From assembly GCA_963815455.1 (NCBI GenBank), contig CAWFGO010000003.1, forward strand, positions 256,001 to 320,000: a stretch of DNA of 64,000 nucleotides, written 5' to 3'. This DNA is from an uncultured Verrucomicrobiae bacterium (GTDB lineage: Bacteria; Verrucomicrobiota; Verrucomicrobiia; Chthoniobacterales; UBA10450). A model generated the notes under the pieces. That model was not told the origin of the DNA and did no database searches. It saw only the letters and a program-made list of their open reading frames with translations. How positions within the stretch are numbered: the stretch's first letter is position 1; every line of letters begins with the position of its first letter. A program made the translations under genes and the position numbers. Positions 8,277-19,790 of this stretch are shown here, in pieces.

Positions 8277-9986
8277 TTATTCCGCAATCAGACTCGTAAG
8301 TTTCAGATCGACCGCATCAACCAATCCCTGATCGGTCAATTTCAATTCCGGAATGGGTGACAAACTCAAAAACGATAGCGTCATGAACGGCGCATGGAGC
8401 GGCGATCCGAGCCCTGCCGCCGCGGCATTCAATTCTGTAATTTTCTGAATTACCGTCTCCAAAGGTTGATCTGAAACCAGACCCGCAATCGGTAACGGCA
8501 GCGATGCAATAGCCTTGCCATCGACCACGGCGACCTGCCCGCCGCGCATCTTTTCCAGCGCTTCGATTGCGGCGATCATGTCGCCATCATTCGTGCCCAC
8601 CACGACCACGTTGTGGGCATCGTGGGCGACTGTCGATCCAAGCGCCCCGCGCTTTAGCTGAAAACCGCGGACGAAACCGACTCCGACATTGCCGGTCGCT
8701 CGATGCCGTTCAACAACCACTAGTTTCAAAATATCGCGACCGATATCGGATACGATTTGTCCGTTGTCGATCTTCGGACGCTCGGTGATCGATTTCGTGA
8801 CGATCTGGTGCGGCACGATCTCGATAACCCGAATGCTGTTCGCCCCGGCGGCCGGTACGACGAGATCGTTCTCGCGGTAGCTCAGGTTCATTGTGCTGCG
8901 CGGCTGGTCTATCTTGCGACTCTCCTTTTCGAGATAATTCCTGTTCTCCGCGATTAGTTTCCCTTTCTTGTAAACCTGCCGGATCTCGAATTTCTCAAGA
9001 TCGTCCACCACAATGAAGTCCGCCCAATAACGGGGGGCGATCGCGCCGTGATTTTTAAGCCGGTAATATCGCGCCGTGTTAATCGTGCCCATTTGAACGG
9101 CCGTGATCGGCTTCACACCCAGCTTGATCGCCTTACGGACGGAATGATCAATATGCCCTTCGCTAACCAAATCGCCCGGCAATTTGTCATCCGTGGCGAA
9201 CGAGCAGTTCGCTGAGTTCTCCGGCGTGACCAGTGAGATGATGTGTTCCAGATTGCGTTCGGTACTGCCTTCGCGAACAAGCAAATGCATTCCGAGCCGC
9301 AATTTTTCACGCGCTTCTTCCAGTTCAGTGCTCTCGTGATCGGAACGAACACCGGCTAGGGCATAGGCATTCAAGTTTTTCCCGCCCAGACCGGGCGCGT
9401 GCCCATCGATCGCTTTTCCTTTGCCCGCGCGGATTTTCGCCAGCTCGCTTTCCGTTCCCAGGAAAACGCCGGGATAGTTCATAAGCTCAGCGATTCCGGC
9501 AATGCGATCGTCGGCGATCATCAAGGCCAGGTCATCCGCCGTAAAACTCGCCCCGGCCGTTTCCAGATGCGTCGCCGGAACGCACGACGGCAGCATGATG
9601 AAAAAATCAATCGGCAGGTTCCTGCTCGATTCCAAAACATAACGAATCCCATCCATCCCAAGGACATTGGCGTATTCGTGAGGATCGATCACCATCGCGC
9701 CGGTACCGTGCGGAGCGACCGCGCGCACCAGCTCCGGAATCGTGACCATGGTGCTTTCGACGTGAAAATGTCCCTCGATCAAACTCGGGGCCAGATACGC
9801 GCCGCCGAGATCGATGACATCTTTTGCCTCGTAATCACCGAAACCGACCACCCGCCCGTCGTCCACCGCCACGTTCGCGGCGTGAATCTCACCGCTAAAC
9901 ACATTGACGACTTGCGCGTTCGCGAAAAGCGTTTGCGCCGGTCGTTCGCCCCGCGCCACCGCGAGTTTGTGCTCGATCTCTCTCAT
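8277..9986 (-). CDS. ade: Adenine deaminase
   Basis: HxH, 'DPHE', 'IDGHAP', 'SDHE', 'TDD', 'TVAHDAHN' motifs. Confidence 0.95.
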   Translation of the reverse strand: MREIEHKLAVARGERPAQTLFANAQVVNVFSGEIHAANVAVDDGRVVGFGDYEAKDVIDLGGAYLAPSLIEGHFHVESTMVTIPELVRAVAPHGTGAMVIDPHEYANVLGMDGIRYVLESSRNLPIDFFIMLPSCVPATHLETAGASFTADDLALMIADDRIAGIAELMNYPGVFLGTESELAKIRAGKGKAIDGHAPGLGGKNLNAYALAGVRSDHESTELEEAREKLRLGMHLLVREGSTERNLEHIISLVTPENSANCSFATDDKLPGDLVSEGHIDHSVRKAIKLGVKPITAVQMGTINTARYYRLKNHGAIAPRYWADFIVVDDLEKFEIRQVYKKGKLIAENRNYLEKESRKIDQPRSTMNLSYRENDLVVPAAGANSIRVIEIVPHQIVTKSITERPKIDNGQIVSDIGRDILKLVVVERHRATGNVGVGFVRGFQLKRGALGSTVAHDAHNVVVVGTNDGDMIAAIEALEKMRGGQVAVVDGKAIASLPLPIAGLVSDQPLETVIQKITELNAAAAGLGSPLHAPFMTLSFLSLSPIPELKLTDQGLVDAVDLKLTSLIAE

Positions 9987-12900
9987 CCCACGGGCACCAC
10001 CGCCGATTTTTTCGGCGCGGCACGCCGTTGTTCGATCGCCATAAAAGTCGCCTCCGGCGTTGCTGGGGACGGCAATGAAACTTGTCCGCCCAGCTCACCG
10101 AATGCCGCAATGGCATCCCGAATCGCTTCCCGCACCGATATGGCAAGCATCAAGGGCGGTTCACCTACAGCTTTGCTTCCGTGAATCACATTCCGCTGCG
10201 CAGCCTCGGATAAAAATTCGACGTTAAACATTCTCGGGGTATCGCCAACTGCTGGGATCTTGTAGGTATCGGGTGAATGCGTGAGCAGTTTGCCCTGCTC
10301 GTCCCAAATTAGTTCCTCCGCAGTCAGCCAGCCCATTCCCTGAATGAACCCGCCTTCGACCTGGCCGCGCGCAACTCCGGCATTAATCACGTGTCCGGCG
10401 TCGTGCAAAATATCCACCCGCTCGACCTGCATCATCCCGCTGAACCCGTCCACTTCCACTTCCGAGACCGCGGCGCCGACGGCAAAATAATGAAACGGTT
10501 TCCCCTGCCCCGTGTCGCGATTGAAAAAAATATCGGGCGTTTTGTAATAACCGGTCGCGCTCAAACTGGTCCGCGCGAAATAAGCGCGCTGGACCAGCTC
10601 GGCGAACCCAAGCGTCACCTTGGGAAGATCGACATCGAAGAATTGATTGTCTGCGAAACTAATTCTGTTTTCCCTCGGTGCGCGCCCATTTTTTTCACCG
10701 AGCATTTCCATCGCGAAGGGCAACAGTCGCGTCCGTAATGTTTCACAGGCGTTCTTAACGGCCGCACCGTTGAGATCGGTGCCGCACGACGCTGCCGTGG
10801 CCGACGTATTTGGAATCTTGTCGGTTTGAGTCGGCATCACCCGCACGCGATCGGCCGAGAGCCCGAGTTCCTTGGCCGCGACTGCCGCAATGTTGGTATG
10901 CACCCCCTGCCCCATCTCCGTCCCGCCATGGTTCACTTGCGCCGTGCCATCCTGATACAGCAGAACCAGCGCACCCGCTTGATTTAAGTGTGTCGTGGTA
11001 AAGGAAATCCCAAATTTGACAGGCGTAATGGCCAGCCCGCGTTTGCGATGCGGATTCTCCGCGTTCCACTTCCTGAGCGCTTCGCGGCGCGATTCGAAAT
11101 CGCTCTTTTCCATCAATTCATGCCAGATGCGCTGCAGTCGATTGTCTTCAATCTCCTGTCCGTAATGGGTCGTGTTGGTTTCGCCCGTCCCGCGATACAA
11201 ATTCCGCGCCCGAACAATTTCGGGCGCAAGCCCAAGCTGCCGAGAAACACGATCGAGAATCTCCTCGATGGTGAGCATTCCCTGCGGTCCCCCGAATCCG
11301 CGAAACGCCGTGTTGGAAGCGAGATTGGTTTTCGTGACGAACCCTTTGAATTCGACGTTGGGTATGTAGTAACCGTTGTCGAGATGGAACACTGCGCGAT
11401 CGGTCACGGCCCGGGAGAGATCGAGCGTCCACCCGCCGTTGGAATAGATGTCGATCTTGGCAGCTTGTAGATAACCTTCCTGATCGTAACCGACGCGAAA
11501 CTTCGCCAGGAATGGATGCCGCTTGCCAGTGATCATCATGTCCTGGTCGCGGTTGAAGCGAACCCGCACCTTGCGTCCGGTTTTCGTCGCCGCCAGAGCA
11601 GCCAGGCTGGCGAGGATCGCGGCCTGCGTTTCTTTTCCGCCGAATCCTCCGCCCATTCGCGGACATTGCACCACCACGCTGTGCATCGGCAACGCGAGCA
11701 GGTGCGCCACGATGTGCTGCACTTCCGAGGGATGCTGCGTCGATGAACTGACAAAGATCGTCCCGTCCTCGCCCGCGCTCCGCCCAGGCTGCGTTGGTCT
11801 CAAGATAGAAATGGTCTTGACCGCCGATCGCGAATTCACCTTCCAGTCTGAATGGCGAGTCGTCGTATGCGCGCGCAAAATCGCCGCGCTCGGTGTGATT
11901 CGCTTCGGTGTGAAAGCTCTTTTGCGTCGATCGCCTCTTGAATTGTAAAAATCGGCGGCAATGCTTCGTAATCGACGGTCACTTTTTCTGCCGCCGCACG
12001 ACAGGCCTCCTGCGTTTCGCCCACGACCAGGGCCACGATCTGCCCGTGATAAAACACTTCCTTGTCCGCGAGCAGAATTTCATCGTGACGCACCGCACCG
12101 ACATCATTCAATCCGGGGACATCTTCGGCCAATAACACAGCAGAGATTCCCGGCATTGTTTTCGCGGCCGACGCATCGCGTCGCAGAATCCTGGCGTGCG
12201 CATGCGGCGAACAGACCAGCCAGACTTCAAGCATTTCCTGGCCAACGGTCGCGTCGTCCACATAAATGGCTTCGCCGGTGACATGTTTGTGTCCGCTCTC
12301 ATGCGGCGCGGGTCTCCCATTAACACCGGGCTTTAGCCCGGTGACTATCGCGTCACCAGGAGTCGAAACCGTTTCAACGGTTTTCTGCACACCTAAAGCC
12401 GTTGAAACGGCTAACGACTCGTTATTGCTATCTGTCACCGGACTAAAGCCCGCTGTTAAGTCGAAAAAGAATTTTTCGAACAGGCTGGTGACCAGACGGG
12501 CACGATATGATTTGCTTCCACGCACATCGGAGATCGGCGTGAATTCCCGCTCGAGCGTCGGCAGGATCGACATCAGCGTTTTCGAATTCCATGGCTTTCC
12601 AATGAGGGCCTTCTCAGTTTTAGGAGCGCGAACCGGTGTCGGAGCGACGCCGCCATAGGCGAATCGCGCATGCTTGACGACACTCTTGTCATCCAACTCG
12701 ACCGTGAAACATCCAGCCACCGTGCTGATATCCATCTCCCGGCGTTTGGTGACTTTGTAGAATTTCGTCCGGCGCTTCTCTCTCTTTCGAGGCACGATGA
12801 TCATTTTAAGCACTTCGCCGGGCTCAATGGCGGTTTTGCGGTAGGCCACAAAGAACTTCTCAATCGGCAAGGTTCGTTCACCCGCGGCCGAAGCCAGCAC

Positions 12901-13851
12901 AACCGCCGCGTCGAGCGCAAGCAGAACAGGCGCCGAATCGCCAATCGGCGATGCCGTCACCAGATTGCCACCCATGGTTGCGCGATTTCTGATTTGTCGC
13001 GAGCCGAATAAATACAGCATGTCCGCGATCGCCGGATATTCCGCGCCGAGTTTTTCCTGGATCGCAGTGAGCGTTGCCGCGCCGCCCACACGCCATTCTT
13101 TTTCCGTGCTGCTGATTTGCGTCAGCTCAGGAACCGCCTCCAGGGAAATGAAAATACCGAACTTTTGAAAACGCTTCGAAATGTCGAGACCCAGTTCGGT
13201 CGCGCCGGCAATCAATCGCGCCTTGGGGTGATCGGCCATGAATTTGAAGAGCTCGGCCATCGAAGTCGGCCTCAGAAATTTCTCGCCGTTGCTGCCGTAC
13301 TGCACCGACTTGAGATCGAGACGCCCACTCTTCAGCACAGCCTCAAACGGATCATTGTCGATCTTACAAGCGAACGCTTCGACCGCGGCGTCGTTGATCG
13401 GTCTGTATCCTGTGCACCGGCACAAATTTCCTGCGACTTGTTCGTCAAGTTGCGCGCGCGTGATCAAATTCTTCCGGTAATAGCCTTCAAAGAGCGACAT
13501 AATGAACCCGGGAGTGCAATAACCGCATTGCGACCCGTGATTTTCGACCATGGCCTGCTGCACCGGATGCAAGCTTTCTCCCCGGGCGACGCCTTCCACG
13601 GTCACGATGTCGCGGCCGGCCATTAACACCAGCGGGACCAAACAACTGTTGATGGCGCGATAACGACGCTCCCCGTTCGTATTAAGATCGACAATCGCCA
13701 CCGAACACGCGCCGCAATCACCCTCCGCGCATCCTTCCTTCGATCCGGTCAAGCCGCTGGCCCGTAACCAGTCGAGCAAAGTCGTGTTCGGCGAAATCGA
13801 ATCCAGACGGATGGAATTCCCGTTCAACCGAAACTCAATCGCGTCAGTCAT
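9983..13851 (-). CDS. xdhB: Xanthine dehydrogenase, fused XdhA (2Fe-2S/FAD) - XdhB (molybdopterin); frameshifted near 11770-11920
   Basis: 'GSKEGCAEGDCGAC' and 'QCGYCTPG' continue in frame into 'PHESGHKHVTGEAIYVDD'; downstream ORF has 'RMGGGFGGKE', 'AFRGFGGPQG', 'SKAVGEPP'. Confidence 0.9.
12320..12459. repeat. Palindromic MITE/REP-like element in frame within the xdhA-xdhB linker
   Basis: ttaacaccgggctttagcccggtg ... caccggactaaagcccgctgttaa with internal hairpins aaaccgtttcaacggttt and agccgttgaaacggct. Confidence 0.75.
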
Positions 13852-13870
13852 AACGTGATTCGCATGAAAT

Positions 13871-14011
13871 CTGGGGAGCACAGGCCGCTGGCCTGTAGTT
13901 CGCGGCAGCTTGCCGCGAAACCTTCTTCAAGCTGGTTCTCATTGTATGAGGGCCGAAGATGCATTCGGCAAGGCTGCCGAATGCTGCAGGCTAGCAGCCT
14001 GCGCTCCCCAG
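13871..14011. repeat. REP/MITE-like family B (GGGAGCACAGGC...GCCTGCGCTCCC), copy 1
   Basis: Terminal inverted repeat; copies at 26805 and 27814. Confidence 0.85.
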
Positions 14012-14035
14012 AAGAGACCCATTCGATCGCACGAT

Positions 14036-15403
14036 TCATTTCTTAGCTCTTCGCCCTTCGAGAATCTTGAAAAACGAACGCGAACGAATTCATCGAGGGT
14101 CAGGCCGGTGGCGAGCGCTTCCTCTTCGGTAATTGCGCCGCAGGCGATCCCGCGCAGGAAAAAATTGAGAAGTCCCTGCCCGGTCGCGGCGTCGTCGAAC
14201 ACGTCGCCGAAAAGAGAAGCCAGCGCCGCCTTTTCGACAAAGGTCTTCAGACGATTCGACGCCGGTTCCAGCCCTTCCATGAAGAAAGAATAGACCGCAG
14301 CATAACGAGTCACTAATTGCGCCGGATGAAGGTCCCATCCTTGATAGAACCCGGTTCGCAGTGAATGCAGATTATCGTTAAATCCCAGACGCCATGCTTG
14401 ATGCACCGCCGTCCGATTCTCTTCGATCTGCATTTTCGTTAGAGGCCGATTTGCCGTAGCCCGATGCGGTCCGACGGGCAAAATGTTCGTCGCGCCGTCA
14501 GAGAGATGAATGCCCGTCCCGGCCAGCGAGACCAGCATGACCTGCCGCGCGAAATCGCAAGCCGGATGTCCCATCGTTTGATAGGCCGCGGTGATGCTGC
14601 ACGATGCCGTGTAATCGTAAACGCCAAAGTGCACGCTGCCGCAACGACCTTCGGCAGCGGCGACCAATGACATCAGCGCCGATTCACCGCGCTCGTTAAG
14701 AATGGCCTGCGGAGTTTCGATCATCGGTTCAATTTTCAGCGAACCGGACGGCAACCCGTTTTTGTTTTCTAGAATTTCAAACAGGCGCGCCGCGGCCGTC
14801 ACGTGCGCCGGCAGCTGGACCTTCGGCACGGTGATCACAAAATTGTCCGGCAACTTTCCACCAGTTTCCTTCAGCAAGGTGGTCACGAAGATGTCGAGGG
14901 TGCGGATGCTTCGTGCCCGCAGATCTTCGTTCAACGGTTTGATGCGAATTCCAACGAACGGCGGCAAACTCCTGGCCGTAATCCCCCTCGCAACTTCGAG
15001 CGCGCTAGATACGGCATGGCCGTCCTCTTCCGCGTCGGCTCGGTTGCCATAACCGTCCTCGAAGTCGAGCCGAAAATCTTCCACCGGCTCGCGCCGAAGC
15101 TTTTCGACCACACGATCGTAAACTCGTTGCGCCAATTGCTGGTCGCCGGTCATTCCAACAGCCTGAGCCAGGGTTGCGGCGTCGGGCGCATATTCCTCCA
15201 GCGAACGCAACGCGACTGCGCCCAGTTTTTCGGCAGAATCGGTTTTGAAAAGATGCGCGCCGCCATAAACCGTATGCACTGCCTGCCGCCGATTCGATTC
15301 GCCGGGGTAACGCTGCATGAAATCTTTGTTCGCCTTACTGAGAGCAGCAACGATTTCCTGAACCTTGTCTGGGTCGAAGCGTCGTATGGAACTTTGGAGT
15401 CAC
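14036..15403 (-). CDS. HpcH/HpaI aldolase / citrate-lyase-like (DUF6986-type) protein; frameshifts near both ends
   Basis: 'RQAVHTVYGGAH', 'DFRLDFEDGYG', 'LSDGATN', 'YQGWDLHPAQL'. GTG at 15403 overlaps the allB stop; true stop probably at 14036. Confidence 0.75.
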
Positions 15404-16700
15404 GTGGTAGGCCGAATAAATTTTCCTGAAGGCAAACCGGTGATTTTACCACGGGCAAACACGGTTTGTCCGCGCAAAACTGTGCGCACGATCCGGCCCC
15501 GCAGACGACGGCCGACATAGGGACTGTGCTGATGCCGATAGAGCAGCGATTTGGCGGTGACGACTTCTTCGGCTGCAGGATCGACAATGGTAATATCGGC
15601 ATCTTGGCCGATTGCGATTTCGCCTTTTTCCGCCAAACGAAACCGTTTCGCAACTTGCCGGCTGGTTAGATCGACAATCCGTTTCAAGGGAACATCTCTG
15701 TCGAGCAATATTGTTAGCAAATGCTGACAACCTGAAATTCCGCCCCACACCTCAAAGAAATTCCGTCGATCCTTCATCGCCCACGGTGACGGCGAGTGAT
15801 CGGAGCCGATTGTCGTCACCTGATCGAGCCGATTGCACAGATCGCGATGTTCAAGGAAATCGCGAAAAGGAGGCGCACACTTTGCCCCGGCCCCGATTTT
15901 TTTCATGTCGGCCGCCTGAAACATCAAGTAGTGGGGACAGGTCTCACAGGTCACGTCCACACCTTCTCTCGCGCGCCGAGAACGAGCCCGACGCCTCGAC
16001 CACAACTGACATGCACGATGTGCAGGCGGCAGCCTGTTTCTTCCGCGAGATCGATCGACTTGCGAATGGCATCCAGCTCCGCTTCGACCGAGCGGGATTC
16101 GAGATAATCAGCAATCTTGGTTTTTTTCGCCGCGATCTTTTCTCTGGTCAGGCGACTTACCATCTCCTGCGATTCCGCATGCACGGCGACCAGAAGATCG
16201 AGATCGGCCGCGCGTTTCATCCCCTCGCGCAGGATCGACATCGTCACACTAGGAAAATCATCGATGCCGCTGTCACACATGAATGCCTTTAAACCGACAA
16301 CGCCTCGATCGTGGAGCGTAGAGAGATCCTTGAGATTATCAGAGACAAGACCACCCCACAGCCCGAAATCGACAAACGATTTCTTTTCTGCAGCCGACCT
16401 TTTTAAATCGAAGCTGGCACCATCAAGAGTCGGCGGATGGGCATTAAGCGGCATGTCGAAAACGGTCGTGGTGCCTCCAGCAGCAGCGGCCTGCGAACCG
16501 GTTTCAAATCCTTCCCATTCGGTGCGGCCGGGCTCATTGAAATGAACGTGTGAATCGATCACGCCGGGAAGGATCGACAAGTTTGTCGCGTCGATTTCTT
16601 CTCGAGAGGTTCCGGCCAGATTTTTGCCAATCGCCGCGAATTTGCCCTCCACGATGCCCAGATCACGTTCGGCGCGGACAATCAAGTCGAAGTCAGCCAT
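15400..16700 (-). CDS. allB: Allantoinase (frameshift near 15960)
   Basis: 'DSHVHFNEPGRTEWEGF', 'ETCPHYL', 'KCAPP', 'SDHSP' split over two ORFs. Confidence 0.9.
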
Positions 16701-16705
16701 GAGGA

Positions 16706-16818
16706 GAATGACGAAATCCGAATGACGAATTACGAATTAAATCCAAATGACAAAGTCCGAAATTCGTCATTCGTGCTGTCGGCATTCCTTTTTCATTCGT
16801 CATTCGTGCTTCGACATT
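16706..16818. repeat. Inverted short-unit tandem arrays (GAATGAC... / ...GTCATTC), no enclosed gene
   Basis: gaatgacgaaatccgaatgacgaa ... ttcgtcattcgtg ... ttcgtcattcgtgcttcgacatt at the alc-allB junction. Confidence 0.7.
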
Positions 16819-17837
16819 TTCCCCGGCATTCCCCACATGCGCAATCGGCTCACGCCGCCATCGGGGTAAATATTCAACCGGATGTGGCTGCACTTGCCGA
16901 TCGCGCAAAGCTCCTTTTCGAAGAAATGCCTCGTGTCGGCGCTCAATTTTGTTTTGGGAAGGATCTCACTCCAGCGAGTATTTGGTTTGGTGAGTTCGTC
17001 GGTCGATACGTCTGACTCTGCGGCGCATCCCTCGATCGAGCACATATCAGGGTAGTTCCCTTTAAAGTGATTGGTGTCGACTTCGATTTTCTTGATCGAG
17101 CCGGTTCGCCCCAGCTTCACCACAATCCAGTCGTGACCGGGACCGCGCCGGCGTTTTGTTTCCCACCCGTCCCCCATGTTCTCCGCGCGACCTGGCATGA
17201 TGAGATTGTTCATTGAGCTGAAAAACATATCGCTACAAGCCAGTGCAACTCCCCCATTCTCGATGGCGGCAAGATCGACAAGTTCTCCGTCCTTAACCTT
17301 GCTCCAATCAGGAACGACGATCCCGTAAACGCGGAGCCGCGCAACCCCGCCATCCGGGAAAATATTCAGGCGCACATGCGCCCACGTCTTGTCGGTCGTA
17401 ATGCCAAACAGATTCTGGGACCCGGGGTTCAATGGAGATTTCTCCAACACTGGAACCCAGGAAAGCTTTTCCACGCCGGCAATGCTGCCAGGAAATCCAT
17501 TCCCCAGGTCGATGGCATCCAGCGACGCGAACGAAGGATGATTTCCGAGAAAGTGGTTCGTATCGATGTCGATCTGCCTTATGACGCCGCGCAATCCTAA
17601 TTGAATGACGCACCAGTCATTCCCAGGAGTGCGGCGCCGGCGTGTTTCCCATCCGTCCATCCATTTACCGCGTTCGGTATACTTATCCGGAATGAAGATT
17701 CCACGGCCGGGCTTGAGAAGATTCTCTTTCTCCGCAAAAAACTCGTCGTTCGCTATTACCGCGACGCCACCGACGCGTTCGGAGGCAAGGTCGATAAGGC
17801 CAGCGGGCGCGGGCGACGTTGAATCAGCGGCATTCAT
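16800..17837 (-). CDS. alc: Allantoicase
   Basis: Two repeats of 'DGWET(R/K)RRR' and 'LNI(F/Y)PDGGV(A/S)RLR'. Confidence 0.95.
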   Translation of the reverse strand: MNAADSTSPAPAGLIDLASERVGGVAVIANDEFFAEKENLLKPGRGIFIPDKYTERGKWMDGWETRRRRTPGNDWCVIQLGLRGVIRQIDIDTNHFLGNHPSFASLDAIDLGNGFPGSIAGVEKLSWVPVLEKSPLNPGSQNLFGITTDKTWAHVRLNIFPDGGVARLRVYGIVVPDWSKVKDGELVDLAAIENGGVALACSDMFFSSMNNLIMPGRAENMGDGWETKRRRGPGHDWIVVKLGRTGSIKKIEVDTNHFKGNYPDMCSIEGCAAESDVSTDELTKPNTRWSEILPKTKLSADTRHFFEKELCAIGKCSHIRLNIYPDGGVSRLRMWGMPGKMSKHE

Positions 17838-17850
17838 CTGCCTTGTCTTC

Positions 17851-17939
17851 TGTCATGTTGAGCGGAGCGAAACATCTCGGCAACTGGTTTGACATAGACT
17901 GTTCGCCAAGAGAGATCCTTCGCTTGGCTCAGGATGACA
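17851..17939. repeat. Palindrome family C (TGTCATCC.GAGC...GCTCAGGATGACA), copy 1
   Basis: Copies at 21984, 41073 and 42326. Confidence 0.8.
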
Positions 17940-17986
17940 ACCGATAGTGCTGCGATGTAACCATTAATCGGGCAATTTACAAATCT

Positions 17987-18319
17987 TCAGCTGCCACGAT
18001 AGGTGCTGTAAGACCATGGCGAGACCAGCAATGGCACATGATATTTCGCCGCCGGATCGGAAATGATGAAACGAACCGGCACTTGATCGAGAAACTTTCG
18101 CTCTCCAAAATAATCGCCGACGAAAAAGACCAGCTCGTAAGCTCCCGCAACCATCTCGGCGTCGCTGAGCATTGGCGCGTCGGTGCGGCCGTCGGCATTG
18201 GTGCGGGCCATCTTAACGAGCTTGCGCGCGTCGCCAGCGACCGACCATAGTTCGATTTGCATTCCGGCAGCCGGGCATCCGCGCATTGTGTCCAGAACGT
18301 GAGTGGTCAGCGTGCTCAT
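17987..18319 (-). CDS. uraH: 5-hydroxyisourate hydrolase
   Basis: 'LTTHVLD', C-terminal 'YRGS'. Confidence 0.95.
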   Translation of the reverse strand: MSTLTTHVLDTMRGCPAAGMQIELWSVAGDARKLVKMARTNADGRTDAPMLSDAEMVAGAYELVFFVGDYFGERKFLDQVPVRFIISDPAAKYHVPLLVSPWSYSTYRGS

Positions 18320-18810
18320 TCGACGATTTCCTGCAAGCGTAATTCGGCAATCTTAAAAATTTCGTTCAATGCCGTCTCCTTTTCTTGTTCGACAGAATTT
18401 TTCAAACGATCTGAAAAGGCGGCGAGAATCGCTTCCTTCTTGTTAAGCCGCGCGCAAACAACGAACGGGAATCCGAATTTGTTTCGATATTGGCGATTAT
18501 GGTCTTCGAACGTGGCGAATTCTTCTTCGGATAATCCATCGAGTCCGGCGCTTTCTTGCTCGCCATGCGATGCTTTAGTGAGCACCGCGCGTCCGGCTAA
18601 ATCGGGATGCGCGCGAATCAGTCCCAGTTTGGCCGGCTCATCAGCGGTGGCTACGGTTCGACAGAGGGCCCCATGCAACTGCTCTCTGCTTTCAAACGGC
18701 CGCTGCGCCCACGTCTTCTCGGCAATCCAGGCGGAATGCTCAAAAACAGGTCCGATCACCTGTGTGAATTCCTCTCGATCCAGCTCATTCAATTCCCGGA
18801 GATTTAGCAT
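18316..18810 (-). CDS. uraD: OHCU decarboxylase
   Basis: 'FEHSAW', 'AHPDLA', 'KFGFPF'. Confidence 0.93.
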   Translation of the reverse strand: MLNLRELNELDREEFTQVIGPVFEHSAWIAEKTWAQRPFESREQLHGALCRTVATADEPAKLGLIRAHPDLAGRAVLTKASHGEQESAGLDGLSEEEFATFEDHNRQYRNKFGFPFVVCARLNKKEAILAAFSDRLKNSVEQEKETALNEIFKIAELRLQEIVE

Positions 18811-18850
18811 CGCCTAATCGTCTTAAGTCAATTACTCATATTGTTCAATT

Positions 18851-19687
18851 ATGAGGCTCCAGAGCCATCGATACGGGAAAGCGCGGGTCCGCATAGCCAA
18901 GGTTTTGCGCAGCGACAAAACGCACACGATCAAGGAGATCAACGCGGCAGCGATTCTGGAGGGCGACTTTGGCTCATCCTACACCGCGGGCGATAACACG
19001 AAGGTTGTCCCGACTGATACGATTAAAAATACGATCAATGTTCTCGCCAAGGACCAGCTCGGCGAAGAGATCGAACCGTTCGCCGTTGCCCTGGGCGAGC
19101 ATTTCCTAAAGCGCTACCAACAGGTGCGCGCAGCCAGGATCGACATCGACGAACGCGATTGGCGGCGAATGGAGATCGACGGAAAACCGCACCCGCATTC
19201 GTTTATCGCCGGCAGTGATGCAAAACGATTTACCCGCGTCGTCTGCACTCGCGATTTACAGACTATCGAGTCCGGCATTCGCAATTTGGTGATTCTAAAA
19301 TCAACCGGATCGGGCTTTGAGAATTATCCGAAAGACGAATTCACCACGCTGCCGGAAACCGCGGACCGGATTCTCGCGACATCGTTCAGCGCTACCTGGG
19401 CCTACGCAGGGAAACCGACGAGCTATCGTGACCGCAACGAGAAGATTCTTTCGGCCATGGTGAAAGTTTTCGCGAACAATTATAGTCCATCCGCGCAGGC
19501 GACATTGTTTGAGATGGGCACCGCGGCGCTCGAGACTTGTCCCGAGATTTCGCGCATTGAATTGGCCATGCCAAACAAACATTACTTACTGATCAATCTC
19601 TCCCCCTTCGGTCGCGAGAACAAAAACGAGGTGTTTACGCCAACGGATGAACCGCACGGCCAGATCGAAGCGATCATCACAAGATGA
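18851..19687 (+). CDS. pucL: Urate oxidase (uricase)
   Basis: 'YGK', 'VVPTDTIKNT', 'LKSTGSGF', 'MPNKHY'. Confidence 0.95.
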   Translation: MRLQSHRYGKARVRIAKVLRSDKTHTIKEINAAAILEGDFGSSYTAGDNTKVVPTDTIKNTINVLAKDQLGEEIEPFAVALGEHFLKRYQQVRAARIDIDERDWRRMEIDGKPHPHSFIAGSDAKRFTRVVCTRDLQTIESGIRNLVILKSTGSGFENYPKDEFTTLPETADRILATSFSATWAYAGKPTSYRDRNEKILSAMVKVFANNYSPSAQATLFEMGTAALETCPEISRIELAMPNKHYLLINLSPFGRENKNEVFTPTDEPHGQIEAIITR

Positions 19688-19782
19688 AGCACCGAATCCC
19701 AAGCACCAAGCATCAGGGAAATCCCAAATTCCAATATTCAATCGAGCGACCGTGTAATCTTGGAGCTTGGGTATTGGAGCTT
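19687..19782. repeat. Inverted heptamer arrays (CCAA-type / TTGG-type), no enclosed gene
   Basis: aatcccaagcaccaag...aaatcccaaattccaa ... ttggagcttgggtattggagc between uricase and xdhC. Confidence 0.7.
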
Positions 19783-19790
19783 TCGCGGCG

